Positions 48,322-60,247 of a stretch of DNA of 64,000 nucleotides are shown here, one piece after another. Below the pieces are notes generated by a model. It was not told the origin of the DNA. It saw only the letters and a list, made by a program, of their open reading frames with translations, and did not search any database. Source of the DNA: an uncultured Actinomycetota bacterium (GTDB lineage: Bacteria > Actinomycetota > Acidimicrobiia > Spongiisociales > UBA5794); NCBI GenBank assembly GCA_963700375.1, contig CAVOXF010000001.1:91817-155816 (forward strand), given 5' to 3'. A program made the position numbers and the translations under genes. Numbering within the stretch: the stretch's first letter is position 1; each line of letters opens with the position of its first letter.

Positions 48322-48567
48322 TCAGGTTGGCAGCGGTTCACCGGATTCGGGTAGCGCAGCCCGCCGGCGACCCAAGACCAGATACGCCGCCGCACCGGGT
48401 GGCGTTCCCGCGACCACTCGCCAGAGGAAGACCGGACCGCGAACCGCTTCTGGTTGCCTTCGCCGCAGATCTCGCTGCGCCAGGAAGATCAACAACGCAG
48501 CGACCACCCATCCGATGACCATCCCAACAGGCGACGGACGCCGGTGCAGGTCTTCTGTCTCGTTCAT
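48322..48567 (-). CDS. small membrane protein with PLD-nuclease N-terminal (PLDc_N)-like domain
   Basis: Strong SD GAGGAGAAG upstream of ATG 48567. A TM helix is followed by RRR...LVLGRRR, as in PLDc_N. Confidence 0.4.
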   Translation of the reverse strand: MNETEDLHRRPSPVGMVIGWVVAALLIFLAQRDLRRRQPEAVRGPVFLWRVVAGTPPGAAAYLVLGRRRAALPESGEPLPT

Positions 48568-48683
48568 AACTTCTCCTCGGTCGACTCGACCACCATGACC
48601 GACGATCGGCCGGTCGGCAAGTGCCGCCCCGACCCCCGTCGGAGGTGAGGGACACAACGGTTCAGGTCGAAACAAAGAGGCAG

Positions 48684-49082
48684 CTAGGAGGAGGCGTCGT
48701 CGTCGGCGCCGGCCTCGATGATCACGGTCTCTTCGATCGCTTCGCCGTCCACGGTGACCACGACGTCATCGCCGATGATCTCTTCGATCACATTGCCGCC
48801 TTCGTCGACCACCACCTCGTCGATGATCGTCTCTTCGGTCACGACCTCGTCACCCGACGACCGACCACCGAGGATCTTCTTGACCGCCATAACAACGGCT
48901 GCGATGAGCGCCACCAGCAACAGCAATCGGAAGAGACGACGGAGGCAGCGTCCGGCCCTTTTCCCCTCGACAGCAACGTGCTCCATCTGCTCGAGGAACG
49001 TTTCGACGTTTCCGAGTTGATCCTGCAATTCGCCCACGTGGGCCTCAGCGAGCTTGATGTTGTCCAGAACAGCCATTCCCAT
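48684..49082 (-). CDS. hypothetical membrane-anchored protein with acidic V/E/D-rich C-terminus
   Basis: Single TM (LLLLVALIAAVVMAV), then repetitive acidic segments. The start is uncertain. Confidence 0.4.
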   Translation of the reverse strand: MGMAVLDNIKLAEAHVGELQDQLGNVETFLEQMEHVAVEGKRAGRCLRRLFRLLLLVALIAAVVMAVKKILGGRSSGDEVVTEETIIDEVVVDEGGNVIEEIIGDDVVVTVDGEAIEETVIIEAGADDDASS

Positions 49083-49187
49083 CACCTTCGTTCGACAAGT
49101 CTGCACTCCCAACCGTAGCGCCTACCACGTCGCCCCGATCCACGATCTAGCATCGTCTCGCCAGGCGCCGAGGGAAGGAACCCCGCA

Positions 49188-49667
49188 GTGAGCGACCCGT
49201 TGATTGATCAGCTCGATTCGCTTGGCATCGCGTACGAGATCATCCCCTGTGATCCTGAACTCGCCGACACCGCTCAATTCTGCGAGGCGTACGGGTACTC
49301 CCTGGACGACTCAGCCAACACCATCGTCGTCGCCGGCAAGTCCGACCCGACGATCCATGTCGCGTGTGTCGTCCTTGCGTCGACACGGCTCGACGTGAAT
49401 CAGGTCGTCAAGAAGCGGATGGGCGTGCGCAAGGCTTCATTCGCCGGCGGTGCCGCCACTGAGGAACTCACCGGCATGGCCATCGGCGGCGTGACGCCGT
49501 TCGGTCTCCCGGACGATCTTCCGCTCTGGGTGGATGGCGCCGTGATGCTCCGGGACCGGATCATCCTCGGCGGCGGCAGCCGCGACCGCAAGGTTCTCGC
49601 GCCCCCAACGATCCTCACTACGCTCGGCGCAGAGGTCGTGGAAGGACTGGCCAGACCGGCCTCATGA
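49188..49667 (+). CDS. ybaK: YbaK/ProX-type aminoacyl-tRNA deacylase (Cys-tRNA(Pro) editing)
   Basis: YbaK family length (159 aa) and motifs (GMAIGGVTPFG). Confidence 0.75.
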   Translation: MSDPLIDQLDSLGIAYEIIPCDPELADTAQFCEAYGYSLDDSANTIVVAGKSDPTIHVACVVLASTRLDVNQVVKKRMGVRKASFAGGAATEELTGMAIGGVTPFGLPDDLPLWVDGAVMLRDRIILGGGSRDRKVLAPPTILTTLGAEVVEGLARPAS

Positions 49668-50372
49668 GGTCGGACTCTGTTCGTTGCCGAAGAGCCGCTC
49701 GGTATCGAGACCGACGACTTCTTGGGACGCCACCCGAGCGTTGAGCCTTCGCCGCACGGAGGAGCCGAGGGACCCGACCGCCAGGACCCGCCGTGCGGCG
49801 TCCACATCGTTCCGATCGGCTCCGGCGACGCGCCCGGCTTCGGCCACCGTCACCCCCCCGGGTTCCCGGTCGACCAGTCGGATCGTGTCGCCCGCCTCGA
49901 CATCGCCTTCGCCGAGCACGCGGAGGAGATAGCCGTTGAATCCGGTGGCCTGCGCCTCGACCGCCATCTCCTTGCGCCCGTACCGAGCAGCAATCTTGTA
50001 GCAGGGCAGGCGAGGCTGAGTCACCTGAACGACGCTGGTTCCGAGTTCGAAGATGTCTCCGATGTGGACATCGGTCTCGACCACGCCTGTGACGGTGAGG
50101 TTCTCGGCGAGCGCACCGGCTTCGGGGAGATCGATTCCGAGTCCCCTCCAGTAGGCGTAGTGCTCGTGGGGATAGACCAGCACCGCCATGTCGGGACCGC
50201 CGTGGTCCTCATAGACGTGCGCATCCCCTGAGAAACCGAGGACGCTGAGTCGAACGGGGCCTTCGACCGGATTCTTGACGAAGGCGCTCTCCTCGGTGCG
50301 GCTTCCCACAGCAAGCGTTCCGACATCGCCGACACACACCGCGCGAACTTGACCGACGAGTTCGATAGCCAT
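49662..50372 (-). CDS. MOSC domain protein (YiiM-like)
   Basis: MOSC core (GDAHVYEDHGGPDMAVLVY...QPRLPCYK). Confidence 0.75.
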   Translation of the reverse strand: MAIELVGQVRAVCVGDVGTLAVGSRTEESAFVKNPVEGPVRLSVLGFSGDAHVYEDHGGPDMAVLVYPHEHYAYWRGLGIDLPEAGALAENLTVTGVVETDVHIGDIFELGTSVVQVTQPRLPCYKIAARYGRKEMAVEAQATGFNGYLLRVLGEGDVEAGDTIRLVDREPGGVTVAEAGRVAGADRNDVDAARRVLAVGSLGSSVRRRLNARVASQEVVGLDTERLFGNEQSPTS

Positions 50373-50430
50373 GCCGCCGACAGTAGCAGCGGACGCCGTG
50401 TGGAACCGAACCCGGGCGGCCCGCGGCCCC

Positions 50431-51327
50431 TCAGCCGATCAGGGACTGCAGGGCACCTTCGAGCGAGGGCGAGTCGAACGCGAAACCGTCTTCGGTCAAC
50501 CCGGCGGGGATCACGCGTTGCGACTGGAAGAGCAGTGCCTCCGCGAGCTCAGATCCGAGTATCGCCTTGAGAGCGAACGAAGGTGTTGGGAGGAGGGCTG
50601 GGCGCCGCAGAACAGCCCCAAGAGCATCGACGAACTCGCGGTTGGTGACCGGGTTCGGGGCGGTCAGATTGACCGGACCGGCCATCTCGGATGAAAAGGC
50701 GAGGTGAGAGAGGCCACGCACTTCGTCGTCGAGGGTGATCCAACTCCACCACTGGGTCCCGGGTCCCGTCCTTCCTCCGGCACCCAGCTTGAACGGCAGC
50801 AGCAGGCGCTGGAGCGCTCCCCCATCCTTCGAGAGCACGATCCCGGTTCGGGGATGCACGACTCGAATGCCGGCCGATGCAGCCGGGGCAGCTGCCTCCT
50901 CCCAAGCGGCCGTGACGTCGGCAAGGAAGCCGCTTCCCTGAGCGGCGGTCTCGTCGAGAATCTCGTCCCCGCGATCGCCGTACCACCCGATGGCTGACGC
51001 CGATACCAGGACTGCCGGTTTGCGCTCCAGCCCGGCGAGTGTGGAAGCCAGGAGGCTGGTTCCGAGCACGCGACTATCGAGGATCTCTTGCTTGTAGGAC
51101 TCGGTCCAGCGGTGGTCACCGATCCCGGCCCCTGCGAGGTGGACCACGGTATCTGCACCTTCGAGGCCTGCGGAATCAATCGTGCCGCCTGCCGGGTCCC
51201 ACTGGATCTCGTTCGGCTCTCGTGGCTCGCGTCGCACGAGTCGCACGATGTCGTGACCGCCGGCTCCGAGCCTCTCGACGAGCGAGCGGCCGATGAGGCC
51301 GCTGGCCCCGCTGATGATGACCCTCAT
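50431..51327 (-). CDS. TIGR01777 (YfcH) family NAD-dependent epimerase/dehydratase with DUF1731
   Basis: MRVIISGASGLIGRSL Rossmann motif. The C-terminus is DUF1731-like (PSFALKAILGSELAEALLFQSQRVIP). ATG at 51327 is confirmed. Confidence 0.8.
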   Translation of the reverse strand: MRVIISGASGLIGRSLVERLGAGGHDIVRLVRREPREPNEIQWDPAGGTIDSAGLEGADTVVHLAGAGIGDHRWTESYKQEILDSRVLGTSLLASTLAGLERKPAVLVSASAIGWYGDRGDEILDETAAQGSGFLADVTAAWEEAAAPAASAGIRVVHPRTGIVLSKDGGALQRLLLPFKLGAGGRTGPGTQWWSWITLDDEVRGLSHLAFSSEMAGPVNLTAPNPVTNREFVDALGAVLRRPALLPTPSFALKAILGSELAEALLFQSQRVIPAGLTEDGFAFDSPSLEGALQSLIG

Positions 51328-51443
51328 GGCCCGGTTCTCCGTTCTTCCGGCGCCTGTGCGCCTGGTGATGTTTGCTGGCCCCGTTCTTCGGAGCGTAGCG
51401 AAACGGTGTATGCGTTTGCCGGGCCGATCCTTCACCGCAGCGC

Positions 51444-52127
51444 CTACGCGCGGATCGGGACCGCGTACGCGACGACGTTGTCTTCGTAGCTGCGCAGAGA
51501 ACGGTTGAAGTCGCCACCACAGGTGATCAGAGTCAGCACGGGGTCGCCGGTCTTGGCGAAAACCCGCTCGGTTGGCAATTCCTGCTTGTCGTACTGGACG
51601 AGCTCGACGATCTCGAAAACGCTCGTCGTACCGTCGTCGAACTGGATCACAACGCGATCGCCGGCGCTTGCCTCGTCGAGATACCGGAACACTCCGGGCT
51701 GTCCGTCGAACGAGATGTGCGCGGCAAGCACGGCAGAGCCCGGCTCGCCTGGAGTGGCGTTGAATCGATACCACCCGACTTCGTCGGCTCCCGGAATCTC
51801 CATGTCACCGTTCTCTTCGACACCGACATCGAGCACAGCAGCGTCGGCAACGCCGATGCCGTCGATCGTGATCGATACTGGAACGGGGCGATCGTCGATG
51901 TGGTCCGCGGGGTCGTACTGAGCCGATCCGACGGGAGTCACCAGTTCTGCCAGCGGGGATCGGGCCGGCGTCGAGGTTGTCGCGGGTGCGACTGTTGTAG
52001 TCGTCGTCACGGGCGCGGTGGTAGCTGGCGTCGATACCGCAGCGTCTTCCGGCGCCGGCGAAGCCGACGAGCACGCAGCGAGAAGAAGTCCGGTGGCGAG
52101 TCCGAGGATGGCGATGCGGTGTCTCAT
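51444..52127 (-). CDS. class F-like sortase
   Basis: Lipoprotein-like signal and a T/P linker. The catalytic TLITC motif and the sortase His region (VLAAHISFDG) are present. Confidence 0.7.
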   Translation of the reverse strand: MRHRIAILGLATGLLLAACSSASPAPEDAAVSTPATTAPVTTTTTVAPATTSTPARSPLAELVTPVGSAQYDPADHIDDRPVPVSITIDGIGVADAAVLDVGVEENGDMEIPGADEVGWYRFNATPGEPGSAVLAAHISFDGQPGVFRYLDEASAGDRVVIQFDDGTTSVFEIVELVQYDKQELPTERVFAKTGDPVLTLITCGGDFNRSLRSYEDNVVAYAVPIRA

Positions 52128-52197
52128 GGTGTGAAATCGGAATCGGGGGCGAGGCTTGCGGCCCCACCCCCGATCTCCTTCATAGGTTGATACTGCT

Positions 52198-52989
52198 TCA
52201 GTTGCCGCGTCGTGCGAGGGTGAGACCTCCGCCGACCGCAATCGTGGCGATGACCAGCATGCCGGCGACCACCCCGAGCGGCATGCCGCTCTCGACTGGG
52301 CTGTTGCCCGTAGGCACGGCCTCGGGGGCAGCGCCAAGGCCGGTGATCGACTCGGTGAGGACGGTTAGTGAACCAGCCTCGAGCGATCCCACGGCGTAGA
52401 CGATCAGCGACTCGCCATCCTTGACCGCGATATCCGCCGGGCCAATGACGACAGGCTCATCGGCACCGGTCGGGACGACCTCGACGCTGTAGGTAGCGGC
52501 GGGCAGGTCGGCCTTCGCTTCGTTCGGGTTGCTCAGGTTGCTGAACGCCACGGCGCCATCAGCCTTCACATCGACGGCCGGAGCGGCGGCAGTGTGACGG
52601 ACCTGAAGACGACCGTTGCCGGCATCGATTGCCGCGGTGTCGTTGGCGAACACGGTAATCGTCGGCGTACCGGCGGCATCGAGATTCGCGATGATCGAGT
52701 AGTTGCCCGAGCCCGGGAGGTCGACATCACCGGCGTCGATCGCGACGGTGTCGGTACCGGCAAGGACGACCTGGAGGCCGACCAGCGTGGCGCCGGCGAG
52801 CGACGACAGATCCTGCGTGTCACCGAAGTTGAAGTCGGCGAAGACGATTTCGCCGTCAACGACAACGTCAACGGGGGTATCCGGGATTCCGTGAATCAGG
52901 TGGATACGTGCTTCGCTCTGAGCCATTGCGGGTGCTGCAATTGCCAGAGTCATCAGGGTTGCGGCGAATACCGCAATGAGCTTCTTCAT
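52198..52989 (-). CDS. secreted DUF4397 protein with C-terminal hydrophobic anchor and basic tail
   Basis: Signal peptide MKKLIAVFAATLMTLAIAAPAMA. The C-terminus ...EAVPTGNSPVESGMPLGVVAGMLVIATIAVGGGLTLARRGN resembles a sortase sorting signal. Confidence 0.55.
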   Translation of the reverse strand: MKKLIAVFAATLMTLAIAAPAMAQSEARIHLIHGIPDTPVDVVVDGEIVFADFNFGDTQDLSSLAGATLVGLQVVLAGTDTVAIDAGDVDLPGSGNYSIIANLDAAGTPTITVFANDTAAIDAGNGRLQVRHTAAAPAVDVKADGAVAFSNLSNPNEAKADLPAATYSVEVVPTGADEPVVIGPADIAVKDGESLIVYAVGSLEAGSLTVLTESITGLGAAPEAVPTGNSPVESGMPLGVVAGMLVIATIAVGGGLTLARRGN

Positions 52990-53198
52990 CGTGCCCCTCC
53001 TTTAAGGGTTGCTTGCCCCTTCTACGGGGCCGCCACGACGGATGGATGAGATTTGGTGGCAACTTTCCTGCGTGGTGAGCCCCCCTCTCCTCCGGCGGGA
53101 ACGACCGGCACTTGCTACCCCGGGGATCGCACCTCGCTCCCACCAACGCCATCCGGCGTTCTTGACAGACACGAAGTAGGGTCGGAAGAGAGGTCGCA

Positions 53199-54683
53199 AT
53201 GAAGATCGCCGTCACCGGCGCAACCGGATACATCGGGGGACGGCTCGTCCCTCTACTCATCGCCGAGGGCCACGAGGTGGTCTGCCTGGCCAGGAACCCT
53301 GCGAAGCTCGCAGGCCGATCCTGGACGAAACAGGTCGAGGCGGTCACCGCCGACGTGCTCCAGCCCGACTCGCTCGAGGGCGCCCTGCGCGGCTGCGACG
53401 TCGCTTTCTACCTGGTCCATTCCATGGGGAGCTCCGACAGCTTCCGGGACGTGGACAAGGCGGCGGCCACCAATTTCGCGCAAGCGGCCGAGGACGCAGG
53501 TGTGACCCGCATCATCTACCTCGGCGGGCTGGGCGACGAAGACGACCACCTCTCGAACCATCTCGGCAGCCGGCACGAGGTCGGACGAGCGCTCGCCGCA
53601 GGACCGGTTCCGGTCACTGAGGTGCGTGCCGCGGTGATCATCGGATCGGGGTCTGTGTCGTTCGAGATGCTCCGCTACCTCACCGAAGTCCTGCCGGCGA
53701 TGGTCACACCTTCGTGGGTGCAGACCCGCTGCCAGCCGATCGCTATTCGCGATGTTCTTCTCTATCTCGTCGCGTGTCTCGACGAAGACCAGGGCGGTCA
53801 CACCGTCTACGAGATCGGCGGACCCGAGGCACTCTCCTACCTGGAGATGATGCATGCGTATGCCAAGGTGGCAGGACTCCCCCGCCGCTTCGTGGTACCG
53901 GTTCCGGTGTTGAGCCCGCGACTCTCCTCCCTGTGGATCGGACTCGTGACACCACTCCCGGTGGGAGTCGCCCGACCCCTCGTCGACTCGCTCAAGAACG
54001 AGGTGATCGTTCATGACGACACCGCGCGTCGTCGCTTCGACATAGCACCGACACCCCTCACCCGGGCGATCGAGAGGGCTCTGGAGCACAGCCAGGACCT
54101 CAGCGTCGACACCCGATGGTCGGATGCGACGACAGGACCGGCCCAACCGTTCGAAGGTGATCCTGCGTGGAGCGGCGGAACGCTCTTCGTCGACCACCAG
54201 ACGGTGACCACCGTCGCGGACCCGGCCGATGTGTATTGGTCGTTTGCCCGGATCGGAGGTGACGTCGGCTACCACGGGTACAACTGGGCTTGGAGGCTCC
54301 GGGGAATTCTCGACATCGTGTTCGGCGGCGTCGGGCTGCGGCGCGGACGCCGCCACCCGGAGGACCTCCGACTGGAAGACACCGTGGACTTCTGGCGGGT
54401 CACCGGCGTTGAACCCGGGCACCGACTCCAATTGTCCGCCGAGATGCGCTTGCCGGGCGATGCCTGGCTCGAATGGAGCACGGAACGCGAGAACGGTCGG
54501 ACGCTGCTCCACCAGAGTGCATACTTCCGGCCGCGCGGGCTAAGTGGTCGCCTCTACTGGTACGCGCTCCTCCCCTTCCACGGATTCATCTTCGGAAACA
54601 TGGCTCGACAGATCGCCGCGACCGCCGAGCGTCGAGACCGCATCGCCCCGACAGCGCCCCCACCGTCGGACGGCCTCGAGTGA
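53199..54683 (+). CDS. NmrA-like NAD(P)-binding (atypical SDR) domain fused to DUF2867
   Basis: N-terminus KIAVTGATGYIGGRLVPLL. The C-terminal half matches the DUF2867 pattern. It is translationally coupled to the photolyase gene (GTGA overlap). Confidence 0.7.
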   Translation: MKIAVTGATGYIGGRLVPLLIAEGHEVVCLARNPAKLAGRSWTKQVEAVTADVLQPDSLEGALRGCDVAFYLVHSMGSSDSFRDVDKAAATNFAQAAEDAGVTRIIYLGGLGDEDDHLSNHLGSRHEVGRALAAGPVPVTEVRAAVIIGSGSVSFEMLRYLTEVLPAMVTPSWVQTRCQPIAIRDVLLYLVACLDEDQGGHTVYEIGGPEALSYLEMMHAYAKVAGLPRRFVVPVPVLSPRLSSLWIGLVTPLPVGVARPLVDSLKNEVIVHDDTARRRFDIAPTPLTRAIERALEHSQDLSVDTRWSDATTGPAQPFEGDPAWSGGTLFVDHQTVTTVADPADVYWSFARIGGDVGYHGYNWAWRLRGILDIVFGGVGLRRGRRHPEDLRLEDTVDFWRVTGVEPGHRLQLSAEMRLPGDAWLEWSTERENGRTLLHQSAYFRPRGLSGRLYWYALLPFHGFIFGNMARQIAATAERRDRIAPTAPPPSDGLE

Positions 54684-56017
54684 GCTCGCTGGTCTGGTTC
54701 CGACGGGATCTTCGCCTCTCAGAGAATCCGGCGTGGGCGGCAGCGACCACAGAACACGATGCTGTGGAAGCCCTATTCGTCCTCGACCAGCGACTGCTTT
54801 CGCTCGCGGGCAGCCTTCGACGCAATCTCCTGTTTGCCCATCTCGGTGCACTCGATGCCGAGCTGCGCAGACGTGGTGGCTGCCTCAGAGTGGAGACCGG
54901 GAGCCCGGGGGCCATCGTTCCCGCCATCGCGGCCGAGCACGACGCCGTCTACTGGAATCGCTCGTATACGCCGTTCTCGAGCCGGCGGGACGCCGAAGTA
55001 GCAGCGGCAATTGCACGGCCGATCGAAGCCTTCGACGGAGATGTGGTGCACCCCCCTGAGGCAGTGTTGACCGGGGGTGGTACGCCCTACCGAGTCTTCA
55101 CGCCGTACTACCGCAGGTGGAGCCAGACGCCGATCGAGCGGTCGCCGCGTGCGGGTGCAGCCGCCGTTCTCGGGCGGACCACCACCGGGACCCCGGTCGC
55201 CGAAGCACCCATCATGCTTGCCGGCGAGGCGGGCGCCCGCGAACGGTTGGAGCGGTTCATCGAGATCGTGGATCGCTACGAAGAGGACCGCGACCGACCC
55301 GACTTCGATCGGACATCCCATCTCTCAGCCGATCTGAAGTTCGGCACGATCTCGGCCCGCGCCGTGGCCGAGCGAGTCGGCGGGTCGACGGGCGGACGTC
55401 GCGCATTCGTCCGCCAACTTGCGTGGAGGGATTTCTACGCGCAGGTTCTCTTTCATTCCCCCTGGACGATCGACCATGCATACCGCGAGGATCTCGATTC
55501 GATCGCGTGGGCCAACGACGACACGGCTGTTCAGGCGTGGCAGGAAGCCAAGACCGGCTACCCGATCGTCGATGCCGGCATGCGTCAACTCCGGCTCGAG
55601 GGCTGGATGCACGGGCGAGTGCGCATGATTGCTGCTTCGTTCCTCGTCAAGGATCTTGGCATCGACTGGCGGGTCGGCGAGCGCCACTTCCGCCGGCTCC
55701 TCATCGATGCCGATCCGGCACAGAATGTCGGCAACTGGCAGTGGGTTGCAGGGACCGGCGCCGACGCGGCTCCGTACTTTCGCATCATGAACCCGGTTGC
55801 GCAGAGTCGGCGCTTCGACCCTGACGGTGCCTACATCCGCCGGTACGTTCCGGAACTGGCAGCGCTGGACGGTTCCAGTATCCACGCACCGTGGGAACGC
55901 CCGCTCGAGACGTCGGCAGCCGGCATCGTCCTCGGTACGGACTACCCCTATCCGATGGTCGACCACGGCGAAGCGCGTGAGATCACCTTGCGGCGCTTCG
56001 GAGCCGCCCGGGCCTGA
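54680..56017 (+). CDS. phr: deoxyribodipyrimidine photo-lyase (CPD photolyase)
   Basis: N-terminus LVWFRRDLRLSEN. The FAD-binding region (WRDFY, NWQWVAG, TGYPIVDAGMRQL) is present. Confidence 0.88.
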   Translation: MSSLVWFRRDLRLSENPAWAAATTEHDAVEALFVLDQRLLSLAGSLRRNLLFAHLGALDAELRRRGGCLRVETGSPGAIVPAIAAEHDAVYWNRSYTPFSSRRDAEVAAAIARPIEAFDGDVVHPPEAVLTGGGTPYRVFTPYYRRWSQTPIERSPRAGAAAVLGRTTTGTPVAEAPIMLAGEAGARERLERFIEIVDRYEEDRDRPDFDRTSHLSADLKFGTISARAVAERVGGSTGGRRAFVRQLAWRDFYAQVLFHSPWTIDHAYREDLDSIAWANDDTAVQAWQEAKTGYPIVDAGMRQLRLEGWMHGRVRMIAASFLVKDLGIDWRVGERHFRRLLIDADPAQNVGNWQWVAGTGADAAPYFRIMNPVAQSRRFDPDGAYIRRYVPELAALDGSSIHAPWERPLETSAAGIVLGTDYPYPMVDHGEAREITLRRFGAARA

Positions 56018-56079
56018 CCACGAGAAGCATCGGACCCGTCGGGCATGGGCCAGAATGCACCGCAACCGAACCGCACATC

Positions 56080-56844
56080 ATGGAGGACCGCACAATGCGA
56101 CGAGTACTGATGATCGCCGGAGCTGTCCTCAGCGTGATCGTTGCACTCCTCATCGCCGCCGCCCTGATCCTCCCCAGGATTCTGATGCAGGGCCCGATGC
56201 CCGAGGCGCTCGTCGCCATGGAATCGACCGCCACCGTGGTCGTGGTCGACGGCAAGCCGATCACGTTCACTCCGACGGAGCCAACCTCGATCGGCGTGAT
56301 CGTCTACCCGGGTGCCTTCGTGGAGCCACGATCATACGCCCCGGCAGCGCACGCCCTCGCAGAAGATGGGGCGTTCGTCGCGATCGTCCCCATGCCGTTT
56401 GGCGTCGCGATCCTCGGTGGCGATCGGGCCGATGACATCATCAAGGATCACCCGGAGGTGACCGACTGGGTCATCGCCGGCCACAGCCTCGGCGGAGTGA
56501 TGGCAGCCCGCTACGCCGCCGAACACCCCGACGCCGTTGGCGGCCTTGTGTTGTGGGCCTCCTACCCGGAGGACTCGGTGGACCTCTCGGCGTGGACCGG
56601 CGCAACGGCATCGGTCTTCGGCACGCTCGACGGACTCACCACGGTCCAGGACATCGAGGATTCCCGGGCACTCCTGCCTGGAGATACGACGTTCGCCGGA
56701 ATCGACGGCGGCAACCACGCCTACTTCGGCTGGTACGGCGACCAGAGCGGCGACAACCCGGCAACGATCACCCGCGAGGAGCAGCAGCGCGCAGTCATCG
56801 ACGGGACGGCGGCGGTCGTGCGGCGCGTCACCGAGGTCGAATAG
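56080..56844 (+). CDS. alpha/beta hydrolase
   Basis: N-terminal TM and the nucleophile elbow IAGHSLGG. Confidence 0.65.
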   Translation: MEDRTMRRVLMIAGAVLSVIVALLIAAALILPRILMQGPMPEALVAMESTATVVVVDGKPITFTPTEPTSIGVIVYPGAFVEPRSYAPAAHALAEDGAFVAIVPMPFGVAILGGDRADDIIKDHPEVTDWVIAGHSLGGVMAARYAAEHPDAVGGLVLWASYPEDSVDLSAWTGATASVFGTLDGLTTVQDIEDSRALLPGDTTFAGIDGGNHAYFGWYGDQSGDNPATITREEQQRAVIDGTAAVVRRVTEVE

Positions 56845-56866
56845 GACCCTGCATGAAAGAGGAGTC

Positions 56867-56896
56867 TTGACAGACGCGCGACGACACCACTACCTT
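56867..56896 (+). promoter_or_regulatory. candidate sigma-70-type promoter TTGACA-N18-TACCTT for the metYX leader
   Basis: Read from the sequence. It sits about 190 nt upstream of the metY ATG, which leaves a long leader. Confidence 0.35.
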
Positions 56897-56974
56897 CCCT
56901 CGGCAATGACCGCTGCACGCACCACCATGATGATGCCCATGGCACATATGAAGCCGTGTGGAGTCGTCGCGTAG

Positions 56975-59448
<2,474 letters not shown>

Positions 59449-59474
59449 GGCCGTCCCGGAATCCGCGAGGCGGT

Positions 59475-59972
59475 CTACGCGCCGGCGCTGGACCGTGCCA
59501 CGGATAGGTCGTTGCATGCCTCGCAGACCGACTGCGGCACCAGACCCACCGCCATGAGCACGGCGAAGACCCGACAGCCGACACAGAACGCGAAGACCGA
59601 TTCGAGCGTCGCCGCTACGCCGATCGCCGCGACGAGGACGAACGCCAGCGTGTCGAAGCCCCCCAGGTAGGCGGCGAGACCACTCACCGACAAGACCGCC
59701 CCCATCCCCTGAGCGAACCGCTTTGGCGGCCCGGGTACCGGCTTGACCGGCACATGGAACTGCGGAACAACCACCCGATTCACGAGCTGCGCCAACGGGG
59801 ACAGCGTCGGCCCCGTCAGGACGCGGGCCACGAATCCGTAGGCGAGCGCAGCGAGCACGGGTCCGCTCCCGGTCACGAGGTAGACGGCGACCATCATGGC
59901 CACGCCACCCGCGATCAACCGGGCCGCGTTCTCGTTGACAGGATCCGGATAGCGAAAGAGCCCTGGCTTCAT
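59475..59972 (-). CDS. DUF4395 membrane protein
   Basis: N-terminus LFRYPDPVNENAARLIAGGVA with the C-terminal CVGC motif, as in DUF4395. Confidence 0.6.
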   Translation of the reverse strand: MKPGLFRYPDPVNENAARLIAGGVAMMVAVYLVTGSGPVLAALAYGFVARVLTGPTLSPLAQLVNRVVVPQFHVPVKPVPGPPKRFAQGMGAVLSVSGLAAYLGGFDTLAFVLVAAIGVAATLESVFAFCVGCRVFAVLMAVGLVPQSVCEACNDLSVARSSAGA

Positions 59973-60247
59973 TGCGGCCCCAACATAGAGCGCGCCGGTT
60001 CTATTCCTCCTCTCATTCCTTCCCCTCGGGAGGTGGCGGCGGCAATGCAGATTCGTTGCCGGTGACGGCAGGGGTCACTCGCGTGCGAGAGCCCCGAGAC
60101 ACCCCCTCCGTCGTCGCTGAGTCGCGTCACCCGTCCCTCGGCCGAGGGGGAGGATCGGACTGGCGACCGGCGACTCAGCCGATATCCGTCGCTCAAGAAT
60201 CCACATCTCGGTACGCTCACGAGCCTCCACACAAACGAGTCATAGGT

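Noticed and set aside
53162-53190. Complete sigma-70 promoter for the 53199 operon
   Set aside because: TTGACA is present at 53162, but no acceptable -10 hexamer at 16-19 nt spacing could be found. Only the shared 11-mer is reported.
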